A DNA stretch of 52,455 nucleotides from an uncultured Cellvibrionaceae bacterium. GTDB lineage: Bacteria > Pseudomonadota > Gammaproteobacteria > Pseudomonadales > Cellvibrionaceae. Below the pieces are notes generated by a model. That model saw only the letters and a program-made list of their open reading frames with translations, was not told the DNA's origin and searched no databases. Position 1 is the first letter of the stretch; the number at the start of each line of letters is the position of its first letter. The translations under genes and the position numbers were made by a program. Of the stretch, positions 1 through 8,924 are shown piece by piece. The stretch lies in the NCBI GenBank assembly GCA_964399955.1, contig CAYNST010000006.1:7103-59557 (forward strand), in the 5' to 3' direction.

Positions 1-7
1 AAGCTTC

Positions 8-214
8 ATGAATCTGCTCTGGGGGCTGGGACCCATTCATATTTTGTCGGTGTGGATTCTGGTGTGCGTGGTTATGGCCGTCTACGCTGCCAAGGCAGGA
101 AAAATGCGCACGCACAAGGCGTTCACCATCGGCGCTTATTGTGGTGTGGTTGGTGCGGGGTTGGGGGCTTTGGCGCCGGGTCGGCTGTTGAACCAGGCTT
201 TGTTTGGAGGCTGA
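8..214 (+). CDS. small membrane protein with two predicted TM helices; possibly the 3' part of a longer gene, since the frame is open to the window start
   Basis: Listed ORF of 68 aa with two hydrophobic segments and a Gly/Ala-rich GxxxG-type helix (GAYCGVVGAGLGALAPG). No stop codon between position 2 and the ATG at 8 in this frame, so the 5' end is not defined. Confidence 0.3.
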   Translation: MNLLWGLGPIHILSVWILVCVVMAVYAAKAGKMRTHKAFTIGAYCGVVGAGLGALAPGRLLNQALFGG

Positions 215-408
215 AGGCGGCCTATAGAAGAACGCACATCGGTTTGATACAACGAGCTGCCGCCCGGCTGAGATAAGTGTGACGGCAACTGATGACGAAG
301 CAGTGACGGGGGCTTTTTGCCGTCCAGCCAATGCCCGTCACCAGGCCCTTGGGCCGTACCTGCAAACCGGTTGGGCGATGCCTGTGGCTTGTAAGGGTAC
401 GCCGGCAG

Positions 409-792
409 TTACATTTCCGAGCTCAATTCCAGCCCTGGGTAATCCTCATTAAACTGCTGCAGAGCACCCTGGGTCAGCCTGTTCCCTTCTTCTATCTGCT
501 GGCGTCCGCGGGCCATCTGTTCATTGCCCTCTCTCAGTTCTTTTTCTGCGGCTTCAACCTTGGCCTGGCCTTTTTCCAGCTCCTCGCGGCCCGACTCTAC
601 CAGTTGTTGGCCGTCGTCCCATTGTTTGGCAATGGCATTTTTCCTTTCCACCTCCTCTTGCTGGTCGGCGGCATAGCCCCGCATCTTATCTGCAGTAGTT
701 GGGGTGGCAGTGGTCTGCGTTGAGCTGCAAGCGGCAAGCGCTCCTGCGGCGGTCAGGATGGTGAGAAAGCGGACTGCGGCTAGCTTGTGCAT
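409..792 (-). CDS. coiled-coil lipoprotein (hypothetical)
   Basis: Internal Met gives MHKLAAVRFLTILTAAGALAAC-SSTQ, a signal peptide with a lipobox (LAAC). GGAG sits 7 nt upstream of this ATG on the minus strand. The mature part is a Glu/Gln/Lys-rich coiled coil. The longer listed ORF (to 900) has no ribosome-binding site. Confidence 0.6.
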   Translation of the reverse strand: MHKLAAVRFLTILTAAGALAACSSTQTTATPTTADKMRGYAADQQEEVERKNAIAKQWDDGQQLVESGREELEKGQAKVEAAEKELREGNEQMARGRQQIEEGNRLTQGALQQFNEDYPGLELSSEM

Positions 793-1230
793 ATTGGAGC
801 TCCGTTTTTGTATTTTGTGGAGTGATATAAGCTGTTGCGGACTGCGAACATCACCGCGCTCTGTAGGAACGCCGTATCTACCGCTGGATGCAAACCTCAC
901 GGGTTGCCGGTTTCACAACAATGTGCGCGTCTTGTGAGCCAAAAACTCACCCGGATTGCCGCACATTGGCGGCTCCGAAACCAGTTAAAAGTTTTGTTAC
1001 CGGTATATACGGCTGAGGCTGAGATTCGGCCCAGTGGTGGGCTTGCAGACAAGGAACAGCGCCAGTCGGCTGGCGGCAGATTGTGGCAGGCTATTGCGGC
1101 CGAAGGGCTACCAACAGCTGGTTTTATGGCAGAAACAGGTCAACGGGGCTGGTGGGTCAAGATAAATTGCTTTGCCGCTTGGCAAACGCCTTGGCGGCAA
1201 AGCTACGGACATGGGGGACTGCGTCCGGCC

Positions 1231-2007
1231 TCAGCCCATGACTTCGGCGCTGTCATCGTCCGCTTGCATAAAGGCCCGGTCGCTGCGTGCCGACAGGCTG
1301 TGCACAGAGAACATCACACCAAAAAACACCAACCACACCGCCACAGAGATCATGATGGCCTGCGACAGGCCCATGAAAGCCCAAATGCCCAGGAAGGTGG
1401 CAACCAGCCCCAGCACCGAGATAGTCCCGGACGCCTTCACTTTGCCGCTTTTCAACACATCCGGGTCCTGGTCCAGTCTGGCGTAGTCCTTTACTTCGTC
1501 TATCAATTTTGCGCTGCCTCTCTCCAATGCGTAAACGGTGCCCGAGCGGCCGTGGCTGTCGTCGGCCAGCAGCTCTTTGCTCGCGTACCTGACAAAGGTG
1601 CTGTTCATGAAGGGAATGAGGGTGTCATCTATCCAGGACTCATCCAAACGCCAGGCTCGTTCATACGACTTGCCTTTGAGTTCAAATGCAATGGACGCCT
1701 GCCGGGTTTGCAGATCAAAGGTGGAGCGAAACTTCTGCAACTTGATGTCCAGCCCCATGGCGCGTCCCAGGCGGCCAAATGCGCGCATGAAGTCATGATT
1801 GGTGCGTAAAGCCTCAAGATTGACCTCAACGGTTTTGTCCTGCAGGTTTTTTTCTATCTGCTGCAGTACATCTGCCGGCCGCATGCTGCTGTCCAACTCA
1901 AAGTGCTCCGGCAGCAGAGACCGTTGAATGAGGACGGGCGTGACATCCTCCAGTGCGTCTCTTTCACTGGCTGCTACGGTTCGTTCTATCCACATTTGAT
2001 AAAGCAT
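1231..2007 (-). CDS. hypothetical protein with a soluble N-domain and two C-terminal TM helices
   Basis: Protein-like composition, unlike the overlapping Arg-rich plus-strand ORF 835..1809. The internal ATG at 2007 (MLYQMWIERT...) is preceded by AGGAG with an 8-nt spacer. The GTG at 2139 is an alternative start. C-terminus ISVLGLVATFLGIWAFMGLSQAIMISVAVWLVFFGVMF is hydrophobic. Confidence 0.5.
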   Translation of the reverse strand: MLYQMWIERTVAASERDALEDVTPVLIQRSLLPEHFELDSSMRPADVLQQIEKNLQDKTVEVNLEALRTNHDFMRAFGRLGRAMGLDIKLQKFRSTFDLQTRQASIAFELKGKSYERAWRLDESWIDDTLIPFMNSTFVRYASKELLADDSHGRSGTVYALERGSAKLIDEVKDYARLDQDPDVLKSGKVKASGTISVLGLVATFLGIWAFMGLSQAIMISVAVWLVFFGVMFSVHSLSARSDRAFMQADDDSAEVMG

Positions 2008-2539
2008 GTTGTCTGCTCCTGTGCTGTCGCTCCCGATCTGTGGGAACCTCATCCGGTACTGGAAGTTAAAAATGGGTTTGGCAAACCTGCAACCAGGGCG
2101 TGCGGTGTTGGTGAATGCAGGTTTAGGTTGATCAAACACCCGCCTTTTTGCCCCTCTGCGGTCATTTTGTCAACAACTTACGGGCCGATCGTGACGCAGT
2201 CGGTCAACTGCCAGTGAGGATTGCGCTGCGTGACACACCGGACTTGAGGCACGGTTGGCATTAGCCCGAGTCGGAGAAATGGCGTTTTGGGGCGCTGGGC
2301 CAGTGTCTGCAGCCCCAGTGACAGATTCCCGGCAGCCGCTGAATTTTGCCCGCTCTTCGGCTGGGCAAGCCCCAATTTATGTGAGGTACGTCACGTTTGA
2401 TGGCTGGCAGATGTGCAGCGGCTCTGCAGGCTGCGCCAGGGCCGGTTCCAACCCTGTCAGACTGGTCTACGCTTGCTTAGGTGGGGCCCCTGGGGCTCAC
2501 TTGAATGCAATGGGTTTGGTGGCTCGGAGGAGGTTGACC

Positions 2540-2797
2540 ATGGTCTACGGTTGCCCAAATTGTGGCAAACAGGTTTCCAAACAGATTCTTTTAAAGCAGT
2601 CGGTACGCTGCTGGCCCTGTGGCAAGCAGATTCATCTCCCAGAGAACGTGGCCGCCGGTTTGGCACTGACCAGTCTCGCTACCTTTGCAGTCACCTACCA
2701 CAGTGGCAGCTACTGGCTGGCGGCCGCAGGGCTGCTGTTTCAGCTGGGCGCCTGTTACCGGGTTGCCGGGCGTTACCTGCAGGTAAAAAGCAGGTGA
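2540..2797 (+). CDS. zinc-ribbon (CPNCG...CWPCG) membrane protein, about 85 aa
   Basis: GGAGG lies 7 nt upstream of the ATG at 2540. Two CxxC pairs form a Zn ribbon, followed by two hydrophobic helices. The upstream part of the listed ORF 2255..2797 lacks a ribosome-binding site and is low-complexity. Confidence 0.5.
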   Translation: MVYGCPNCGKQVSKQILLKQSVRCWPCGKQIHLPENVAAGLALTSLATFAVTYHSGSYWLAAAGLLFQLGACYRVAGRYLQVKSR

Positions 2798-2973
2798 GTT
2801 GCTAGCCCGTGTCCGGCGCGCCGGTCATGTTCTAAAGGCAGTAGCCCAGGCTGGGCTGTCACCTGAAGCTCCTGCGTTTGACCCTGCGGCTGTCAAACAC
2901 GCCGCAGCCGTCGCCGGCCCCTTCTCCGCGTGATAAAGTGCCGCCTTTCCGCGCCGAAGCAGACGAGTCTCCC

Positions 2974-3699
2974 ATGACCTATTGCCTTGCCATAAGAATG
3001 AATTCCGGGTTGGTGTTTGCCGGTGACACGCGCACCAACGCCGGCGTGGACCGGGTGGCCACCTATCGCAAGCTGTACACCTTTGGCAACGGCACCAGCC
3101 ACGCTTTGGTTCTGATGAGCTCCGGCAACCTGGCCACCACCCAGGCGTTGGTGGAGACGGTCAGCCGCTCGGTTGCCGATAGCAGTGGGCTGTTCAGTGA
3201 GAAATCGCTGTACGACTGCGCCCAGCGCGTGGGGCAGTTCCTGGTGGATATCATCCGCCGCGGGTCGGAGCAGTCCATCAACAAGGGCATCGACTTTGGC
3301 TCCAACATTATTCTGGGCGGGCAGATCAAGGGCGAGGCGCCGCGCCTGTTCCACATTTATCCCCAGGGCAATTTCATTGAAGCCAGTGTTGAAACACCGT
3401 TTCTGCAGATAGGTGAGGAAAAATACGGCAAGCCGATTCTGGACCGCATCATCAAACCGGATACCGCGATAGACCAGGCCTTGACCTGCGCGCTGCTGTC
3501 CATTGATTCCACCATGAAGAGCAATTTAACGGTGGATATGCCGCTGGACATATTGCTGTACCAAAATGACACGTTCGACCTGTCCCAGGCGCGCCGCATA
3601 GAGCGCGACGACCAGGACTTTCTGGCGTTGCGCAAATACTGGGGCGAAGGCCTGCACCGACTGATTCACGAGTTTCCACCGCTCAAGGTGCCGCAATGA
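2974..3699 (+). CDS. proteasome-type Ntn-hydrolase, Anbu-like (ancestral beta-subunit homologue)
   Basis: Starts MTYCLAIRMNSGLVFAGDTR: Thr directly after Met, GxxxD motif and about 240 aa, as in the Anbu/HslV/proteasome beta family. The stop overlaps the tlyA start (ATGA at 3696). Confidence 0.7.
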   Translation: MTYCLAIRMNSGLVFAGDTRTNAGVDRVATYRKLYTFGNGTSHALVLMSSGNLATTQALVETVSRSVADSSGLFSEKSLYDCAQRVGQFLVDIIRRGSEQSINKGIDFGSNIILGGQIKGEAPRLFHIYPQGNFIEASVETPFLQIGEEKYGKPILDRIIKPDTAIDQALTCALLSIDSTMKSNLTVDMPLDILLYQNDTFDLSQARRIERDDQDFLALRKYWGEGLHRLIHEFPPLKVPQ

Positions 3700-4484
3700 G
3701 CGAACGCCTGGACAAACTGCTGGTGGAACGCGGGTTTGCCGCCTCACGTACCCAGGCACAGCGCATGATTGCTGCGGGCTCTGTGTCTGGCAAGCTCAAG
3801 GGCTTGTGGCAGACGCTGGATAAACCGTCTGTGAAGCTGGACCTGGCCACCGAGCTGCGCGCAGCGCCCATTGCCGAGCACCAATACGTCTCCCGTGCGG
3901 GCCTGAAGCTGGCGGCTGCGTTGCAGCAGCTGTGTGAGCGCAATCTGCTGGCGGCTCCGGTGCAGAACTGTGCGGCGGGGGTCACGGCGCTGGATATTGG
4001 CCAGTCCACCGGTGGCTTTACCGACTGCCTGCTGCAGCATGGTGCAACGCATGTGTTGGGGGTTGACGTTGGGCACGGCCAGTTGGACAAGCGCCTGCAG
4101 GATCACCCGCACATTACTGCCTGGGAAGGGATCAACGCCCGCAATCTGCCGGTGGCGGAGCTCCTTGAGCAGGCCGAAGGCGGGTTTGACTGGGTGGTGA
4201 TGGATGTGTCGTTCATATCCCAGACGTTGATTTTGCCCCACGTTGCTGCCGTACTTAAAGCCGGCGGGCGCCTGATCAGCCTGGTCAAACCGCAGTTTGA
4301 GGTGGGGCCGCAGGGTGTGGGCAAGGGCGGGCTGGTCAAAAACCAACAGCTGCTCGACTGGACTGGAGAGCATATTCAGGGGCACCTGCAACAGCACGGC
4401 CTGCGCACACTGGCGTATTTTGAAAGCGCTATCCAAGGCAGTGACGGCAACCGCGAATTTTTTGCTGTCGCTGAAAAGCCTTGA
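3696..4484 (+). CDS. tlyA: TlyA family rRNA 2'-O-methyltransferase (S4 domain plus FtsJ-like methyltransferase)
   Basis: N-terminal S4-like RLDKLLVERGFAASRTQAQRMI, then VSRAGLKL and the SAM-binding motif ALDIGQSTGGFTDCLLQHGA, then DVSFISQ. Confidence 0.88.
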   Translation: MSERLDKLLVERGFAASRTQAQRMIAAGSVSGKLKGLWQTLDKPSVKLDLATELRAAPIAEHQYVSRAGLKLAAALQQLCERNLLAAPVQNCAAGVTALDIGQSTGGFTDCLLQHGATHVLGVDVGHGQLDKRLQDHPHITAWEGINARNLPVAELLEQAEGGFDWVVMDVSFISQTLILPHVAAVLKAGGRLISLVKPQFEVGPQGVGKGGLVKNQQLLDWTGEHIQGHLQQHGLRTLAYFESAIQGSDGNREFFAVAEKP

Positions 4485-4550
4485 TCACCACTTTGTTTGT
4501 ATGCACTTACTTCCGCCGAATCACCAACAAGCAAAGACTTAGGAGTGTCA

Positions 4551-4928
4551 ATGTCAGTCGCCAAATGGTTTTTTGTGCTCTCCGCGTTCAACGGCTTGCT
4601 GGCCGTGGCTTTGGGGGCCTTTGGCGCCCACGCCCTTAAAGCCAAGCTCACCGCCGCTATGTTGGGCGTGTGGCAGACGGCGGTGCAATACCAGTTTTAC
4701 CATCTACTGGCCCTGTTGCTGGTGGCCTTGCTCCTGCATCAGGGCTGGCGCTCTGTCTGGTTGGTGGCCAGTGGCTGGGCTTTTGTGGCCGGTCTGGTGC
4801 TGTTTTGCGGCAGCCTGTATTTATTGGCGCTGGGAGGGCCGCGCTGGCTGGGCCCCATCACTCCTCTGGGCGGGCTCACCTTCATGATCGGCTGGCTATG
4901 CCTGCTGGTCGCCGCGCTCAAGCTCTAG
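4551..4928 (+). CDS. DUF423 family small inner-membrane protein
   Basis: AGGAG lies 6 nt upstream of the ATG at 4551. Four TM helices with GAFGAHAL and YHLLALL motifs typical of DUF423/YgdD-like proteins. Confidence 0.7.
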   Translation: MSVAKWFFVLSAFNGLLAVALGAFGAHALKAKLTAAMLGVWQTAVQYQFYHLLALLLVALLLHQGWRSVWLVASGWAFVAGLVLFCGSLYLLALGGPRWLGPITPLGGLTFMIGWLCLLVAALKL

Positions 4929-4938
4929 CAGGCCCGGC

Positions 4939-5121
4939 ATGCTGGAATCCCACCGATGCTACTGCCCCTACTGCGGTGAAGTCATCGAACTGTTACTGGA
5001 CCTTTCCGTGCAAGCACAGACCTACGTGGAGGACTGTTTTGTTTGCTGCCGGCCAATGGTGGTTACGGTGGAAGTGGAGGGCGGCATTGCAGAGGTCAGA
5101 GTAGTCAGCGAGGACGAATAA
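4939..5121 (+). CDS. CPXCG-motif cysteine-rich mini-protein
   Basis: 60 aa, CYCPYCGE near the N-terminus and a later CFVCC, characteristic of the CPXCG zinc-ribbon family. Confidence 0.65.
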   Translation: MLESHRCYCPYCGEVIELLLDLSVQAQTYVEDCFVCCRPMVVTVEVEGGIAEVRVVSEDE

Positions 5122-5439
5122 CACGCTAGCTGTTAACTCTGGCCGCCGTCCACGCCAGACGGTAGCAAAAGCCACCGCAAGTGCATTGCCCTGCGTCCAG
5201 GCGGCTGCCAGCCCAACACCAAGGCATAGGCCGCACCGTTGCGCAAGGCGTAGCCAGTGCGCCTGTTACAGACTACTATTGAGCACTTGGCGCGGTCGCG
5301 GTACAGTAGGGAGCTGTGTGACCGGGTGCCAAATCACAGTTTTGGGCAGGAGCCACCACCTCTGTAGGCGACCTTTCAAACTTCTTACTACACTGGTCCC
5401 AACGCCGCATCAAACCCAGATACCGAACAGGATGTCCGT

Positions 5440-6093
5440 ATGTTTGCCCTTCTTGCCAGCGACGCAATAACGCCTTTCTTCCAGACTGTACTGTCCTTCC
5501 CCACGGTCATTTACAGCGGCTTGTTGGTGATTGTGCTGGTCTATTGGCTGAGCATGGCAATGGGCCTTGTGGATATGGACATGCTGGATGTAGACACACC
5601 CGATGCCGACGCAGGTGTGCTTGGTGGCCTGCTGCTGAAGCTGGGCCTTAATCATGTACCGGTAACGCTGGTAATCACCTTCATTGCTCTGATCGGCTGG
5701 GTGTTAAGCTTTTTTGCCAGTTTTTACCTTTTTCCGCTACTGTCGGCCCAGTTTGCCAAACTGCTGGTGGCGCTGCTGATCATGCCGGCCAGCGCCCTTG
5801 CCGCTGCCTGGGCCACCGCGTTCCTGATCCGCCCACTTCGGCCACTATTTCAAACCATGAACCGCGAAGTGCGGGTGGACCTGATAGGCCAAACCGCCAC
5901 TGTGCGCACAGGTGACGTCACCCCTGAGTTTGGTGAAGCCTGTATTGACGACGGCGGCGCCGGGTTGATCGTGCGGGTGCGTTCTTTTGATGGCCAAGGC
6001 TTCAAACGCGGTGACAAGGTGGTAATTTTAGAAAAAATAGACGGGCAAAGTGGCTATCGGGTGATGGCCGAAGCGGAATTTACAAAAGAATAA
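5440..6093 (+). CDS. NfeD-like membrane protein (YqiJ/DUF1449 type) with a C-terminal OB-fold
   Basis: N-terminal multi-TM region, then the soluble C-terminus GLIVRVRSFDGQGFKRGDKVVILEKIDGQSGYRVMAEAEF (NfeD-type beta barrel). Sits immediately upstream of a flotillin gene, as in the E. coli yqiJK pair. Confidence 0.75.
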   Translation: MFALLASDAITPFFQTVLSFPTVIYSGLLVIVLVYWLSMAMGLVDMDMLDVDTPDADAGVLGGLLLKLGLNHVPVTLVITFIALIGWVLSFFASFYLFPLLSAQFAKLLVALLIMPASALAAAWATAFLIRPLRPLFQTMNREVRVDLIGQTATVRTGDVTPEFGEACIDDGGAGLIVRVRSFDGQGFKRGDKVVILEKIDGQSGYRVMAEAEFTKE

Positions 6094-6118
6094 TTCATAA
6101 TCACACAAAGGAGTTTGT

Positions 6119-8053
6119 ATGGGCGAGTTGATGCCACAGCTGACGGTATTTGCAGTAGTCGTCGGTATTATCTTATTGACGCTGCTGGGTATACTTGCCG
6201 CCTTCAAGGCGTTTTATTTCAAGGTTGATCAAGGCACTGCGCTGATCAAAAACGACTTCAGTACCAAGCCCAAAGTGTTTTTTACCGGTGCCATGGTCTT
6301 GCCGGTGATACACAAAAAGGAGCTGATGCGCATTTCGCTGATCACCCTGGAGGTGGACCGGCGCGGCAAGGACGGCTTGATCTGTGCAGACAACATGCGC
6401 GCAGACATCACCGTCGCCTTCTATCTGCGGGTCAATGAAACGCCAGAAGATGTGTTGAAAGTTGCCAAATCTCTGGGTGCGGCCCGCGCCTCAGACCGCG
6501 ACGCGGTGTACGAGCTGTTCAATGCCAAGTTTTCCGAGGCATTGAAAACCGTGGGCAAGCAAATAGACTTTGTGAAGCTGTTTGAAGACCGCCAACACTT
6601 TCGCGACAAAATCATCCAGGTTATTGGCAATGACCTGAACGGTTACGTGCTTGAAGACGTTGCCATTGACTATCTGGAGCAAACCGCCAAATCTTCGCTG
6701 GACCCGCACAATATCCTCGACGCCCAGGGCATTCGCAAAATCACCGAGCTTACCGCAGCGCAGAACATTCAAACCAACAATTGGGAGCGCGACGAAGAGC
6801 TGGCCATTCGCAAAAAAAATGTGCAAACCGTGGAAGCCATGCTGGAGCTTGAGCGCCAGCAAAAAGACGCAGAAGCCCGGCAGAAGCGGGAGATAGCCAC
6901 CATCCAAGCCCGTGAAGAAGCCGAAACCAAACGCGTTCAGGAGGAGGAGCGCAAGCGCGCCGAGTCCGCCACCATTCAGGTGGACCAGGAGCTTAATGTA
7001 CTGCTGGAAAACCAGCAGCGGGAAATAGAAGTGGCCGGTCAGAACCGCCAGCGCGCCGTGGTCATCGAAAAAGAAAAGGTCACCCGCGCCCGCGACCTGG
7101 AAGTGGTTGCCCGTGAACGGGATGTGGAGCTGCAGCGCATTGAAGCCGAAAAAGCCGTGGAGATGGAGAAACGCGAAATAGCCAACGTCATTCGCGAGCG
7201 CATCACCGTAGATAAAACCGTGGCCGTGGAGGAAGAAAAGATCAAGGAAGTGCGGGAAGTCTCCGAGGCGGACCGCCGCAAGCAGATTCAGGTCATGGAA
7301 GCCGAAGCCCGCGCCGAAGAGCAAAAAGTCAAACAGGTCAAGGCGGCAGAGGCCGAAGAACTGTCCGCTCGCCACAAGGCAGTGGAGATCACCACCCTGG
7401 CGCAGGCGCGCCTGGACGCCTCCGCCAAAGAAGCCGATGCCAAGAAAAAAATGGCCGAGGGCACCCAGGCCGAACGCGCCGCCCCCGGTCTTGCGGATGC
7501 TCGTGTGTTGGAGGCCCGCGCGCAAGCACAGGAGAAAGAAGGTCTGGCTGAAGCGCGAGTCATCTCGGCCAAAGGCGGCGCAGACGCTGAAGTCATTGCC
7601 GCACGAGGGGACGCCGAAGCCCGAGCAGCCCGTGACCTGGGGCTGGCGGAAGCAGAAGTCACGCGGGAGAAATTCCGGGCGGAGGCCGACGGCCTGGTGG
7701 AGAAATTCACCGCCATGGGCAGCATGAGCAAAGACGCCCGCGCCCACGAGGAATTCCGCATGACTTTGGAGACGGCTTTGAAAGAGGCTTTGGCTTCTAT
7801 TGATGCAGGCAAGGAGATTGCCAAAGAAAACGCTGAGGTTTTGGCCACCGCGCTGGGCAAGGCCCATATTGACATCGTTGGCGGGGAGGCGCAGTTCTTT
7901 GATAACTTTGCCAAGTCCCTGTCCATCGGCAAGGCGGTTGACGGGCTGGCAGGAAAAAGCAGCACCATTGCCAACATCTTGCAAAACGTGCTGGCAATGA
8001 CCGGTGGCAACAACAACGCGTCCGACAAGGTCATCACCCCTGCGGACAAATAA
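6119..8053 (+). CDS. flotillin / SPFH (band 7) family protein, YqiK-like
   Basis: AAGGAG ribosome-binding site. N-terminal TM, SPFH domain, then a ~350-aa Glu/Ala/Arg/Lys-rich coiled coil (AEAEA repeats) typical of flotillins. Confidence 0.85.
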   Translation: MGELMPQLTVFAVVVGIILLTLLGILAAFKAFYFKVDQGTALIKNDFSTKPKVFFTGAMVLPVIHKKELMRISLITLEVDRRGKDGLICADNMRADITVAFYLRVNETPEDVLKVAKSLGAARASDRDAVYELFNAKFSEALKTVGKQIDFVKLFEDRQHFRDKIIQVIGNDLNGYVLEDVAIDYLEQTAKSSLDPHNILDAQGIRKITELTAAQNIQTNNWERDEELAIRKKNVQTVEAMLELERQQKDAEARQKREIATIQAREEAETKRVQEEERKRAESATIQVDQELNVLLENQQREIEVAGQNRQRAVVIEKEKVTRARDLEVVARERDVELQRIEAEKAVEMEKREIANVIRERITVDKTVAVEEEKIKEVREVSEADRRKQIQVMEAEARAEEQKVKQVKAAEAEELSARHKAVEITTLAQARLDASAKEADAKKKMAEGTQAERAAPGLADARVLEARAQAQEKEGLAEARVISAKGGADAEVIAARGDAEARAARDLGLAEAEVTREKFRAEADGLVEKFTAMGSMSKDARAHEEFRMTLETALKEALASIDAGKEIAKENAEVLATALGKAHIDIVGGEAQFFDNFAKSLSIGKAVDGLAGKSSTIANILQNVLAMTGGNNNASDKVITPADK

Positions 8054-8120
8054 ATTTTGGTTTTACCCGTAATTATTCAGCTCAAACCGTGACCTGAATA
8101 GTCACTTATACCATTTTGTT

Positions 8121-8150
8121 TGGCACTGCATGCATCAAGCCGCAGTGCCA
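8121..8150 (+). terminator. GC-rich hairpin after the flotillin gene (9-bp perfect stem tggcactgc/gcagtgcca, 12-nt loop)
   Basis: Perfect inverted repeat 68 nt after the stop codon. No clear U-tract, so intrinsic termination is uncertain. Confidence 0.35.
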
Positions 8151-8193
8151 TTACAAGCGCCGGGGTCCCGGCAAGGCTACTGTCGCTGTTTTC

Positions 8194-8212
8194 GCTCAGG
8201 CGTCGCCTGAGC
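8194..8212. promoter_or_regulatory. 19-bp palindrome gctcaggcg-t-cgcctgagc upstream of the DUF2059 gene
   Basis: Perfect 9-bp arms around a central T, 40 nt upstream of the start codon. Candidate operator or small hairpin. Confidence 0.25.
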
Positions 8213-8252
8213 CGAGTTCACGCAGGAGCACCCTCACCTACAAGGAGTCATC

Positions 8253-8750
8253 ATGAAATATTTAATCATCGCAGTACTGTCCTCTTTCATCGCCTTTGCT
8301 CAGGCCGACGATCAAAGCAAACACAAAGCCATCGACAAGCTCATGCAGATCACCAACGTCGAGTCCACCATTGATGGGCTTTACGAGCAAATGGAGGCGA
8401 TGATGCAGAGCATGGGCGACCAGATGGGCGTGGGGCCTGCCGAGCAGCCCATCCTGGACGAATATCACTCCAGCATGCGCATGATCATGCAAACGGAGAT
8501 GAGCTGGGAACAAATGAAGCAGCCGATGACTGCGCTCTACGCCAAGCATTTCTCCGAAGAAGAAATCAACGATATGATCGCCTTTTACCAGAGCGAGACC
8601 GGACGCAAAACCATCGAGAAAATGCCGGTGGTGATGCAGGAGTCCATGGCCATTTCGCAGCAACTGGTGCAAAACGCCCTGCCCAAAATTCAGCAGGTTA
8701 CCGAACAGATGCAAAATGACCTGGCAAAAGTCCGCGGGGAAAAACAATAA
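8253..8750 (+). CDS. DUF2059 family periplasmic protein
   Basis: AAGGAG ribosome-binding site, signal peptide MKYLIIAVLSSFIAFAQA, and the hallmark HFSEEEINDMIAFYQSETGRKTIEKMP. Confidence 0.8.
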   Translation: MKYLIIAVLSSFIAFAQADDQSKHKAIDKLMQITNVESTIDGLYEQMEAMMQSMGDQMGVGPAEQPILDEYHSSMRMIMQTEMSWEQMKQPMTALYAKHFSEEEINDMIAFYQSETGRKTIEKMPVVMQESMAISQQLVQNALPKIQQVTEQMQNDLAKVRGEKQ

Positions 8751-8763
8751 CAGCGGGTAACTT

Positions 8764-8800
8764 GTCGGCCTGCGTCCAAGTTTGCCGACAGGGGTTTTTG
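8764..8800 (+). terminator. probable intrinsic terminator (stem tgtcggc/gccgaca followed by GGGGTTTTTGG)
   Basis: Stem-loop plus T5 tract 14 nt after the DUF2059 stop. Confidence 0.45.
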
Positions 8801-8924
8801 GCCCAGGCAAAACTGGACGCGCACCGAACAGCGGCGCAATGAGCGGAATGGTTCTAACGCCTGTGGCAGTGCCACCGCTGTTCACCCCACCCCTCATAGC
8901 CAACTAAAAACCAAGGGAAATCGC

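Noticed and set aside
290-330. Hairpin gacgg...ccgtc with a TTTTT run, as a terminator
   Set aside because: The stem is only 5 bp with a 10-nt loop, too weak to call.
835-1809. 324-aa plus-strand ORF overlapping the minus-strand gene 1231..2007
   Set aside because: Arg/Gly/His-rich low-complexity translation typical of the antisense strand of a high-GC gene. The opposite-strand ORF has a ribosome-binding site and protein-like composition.
2255-2539. N-terminal 95 codons of listed ORF 2255..2797
   Set aside because: No ribosome-binding site and a Gly/Ala/Arg-rich product. A GGAGG-ATG start at 2540 gives a compact Zn-ribbon membrane protein.
5300-5410. Possible tRNA (sequence ...gggcaggagccacca with 3' CCA)
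   Set aside because: No T-arm (GTTCGAATC-like) or D-arm consensus, and an acceptor-stem pairing could not be built. It is most likely just a 5' UTR/promoter region of the yqiJ-like gene.
6491-8049. Long minus-strand ORFs (497 aa and 253 aa) inside the flotillin gene
   Set aside because: Shadow ORFs of the GAA/GCC-rich coiled-coil coding region. No ribosome-binding site and no recognisable motifs.
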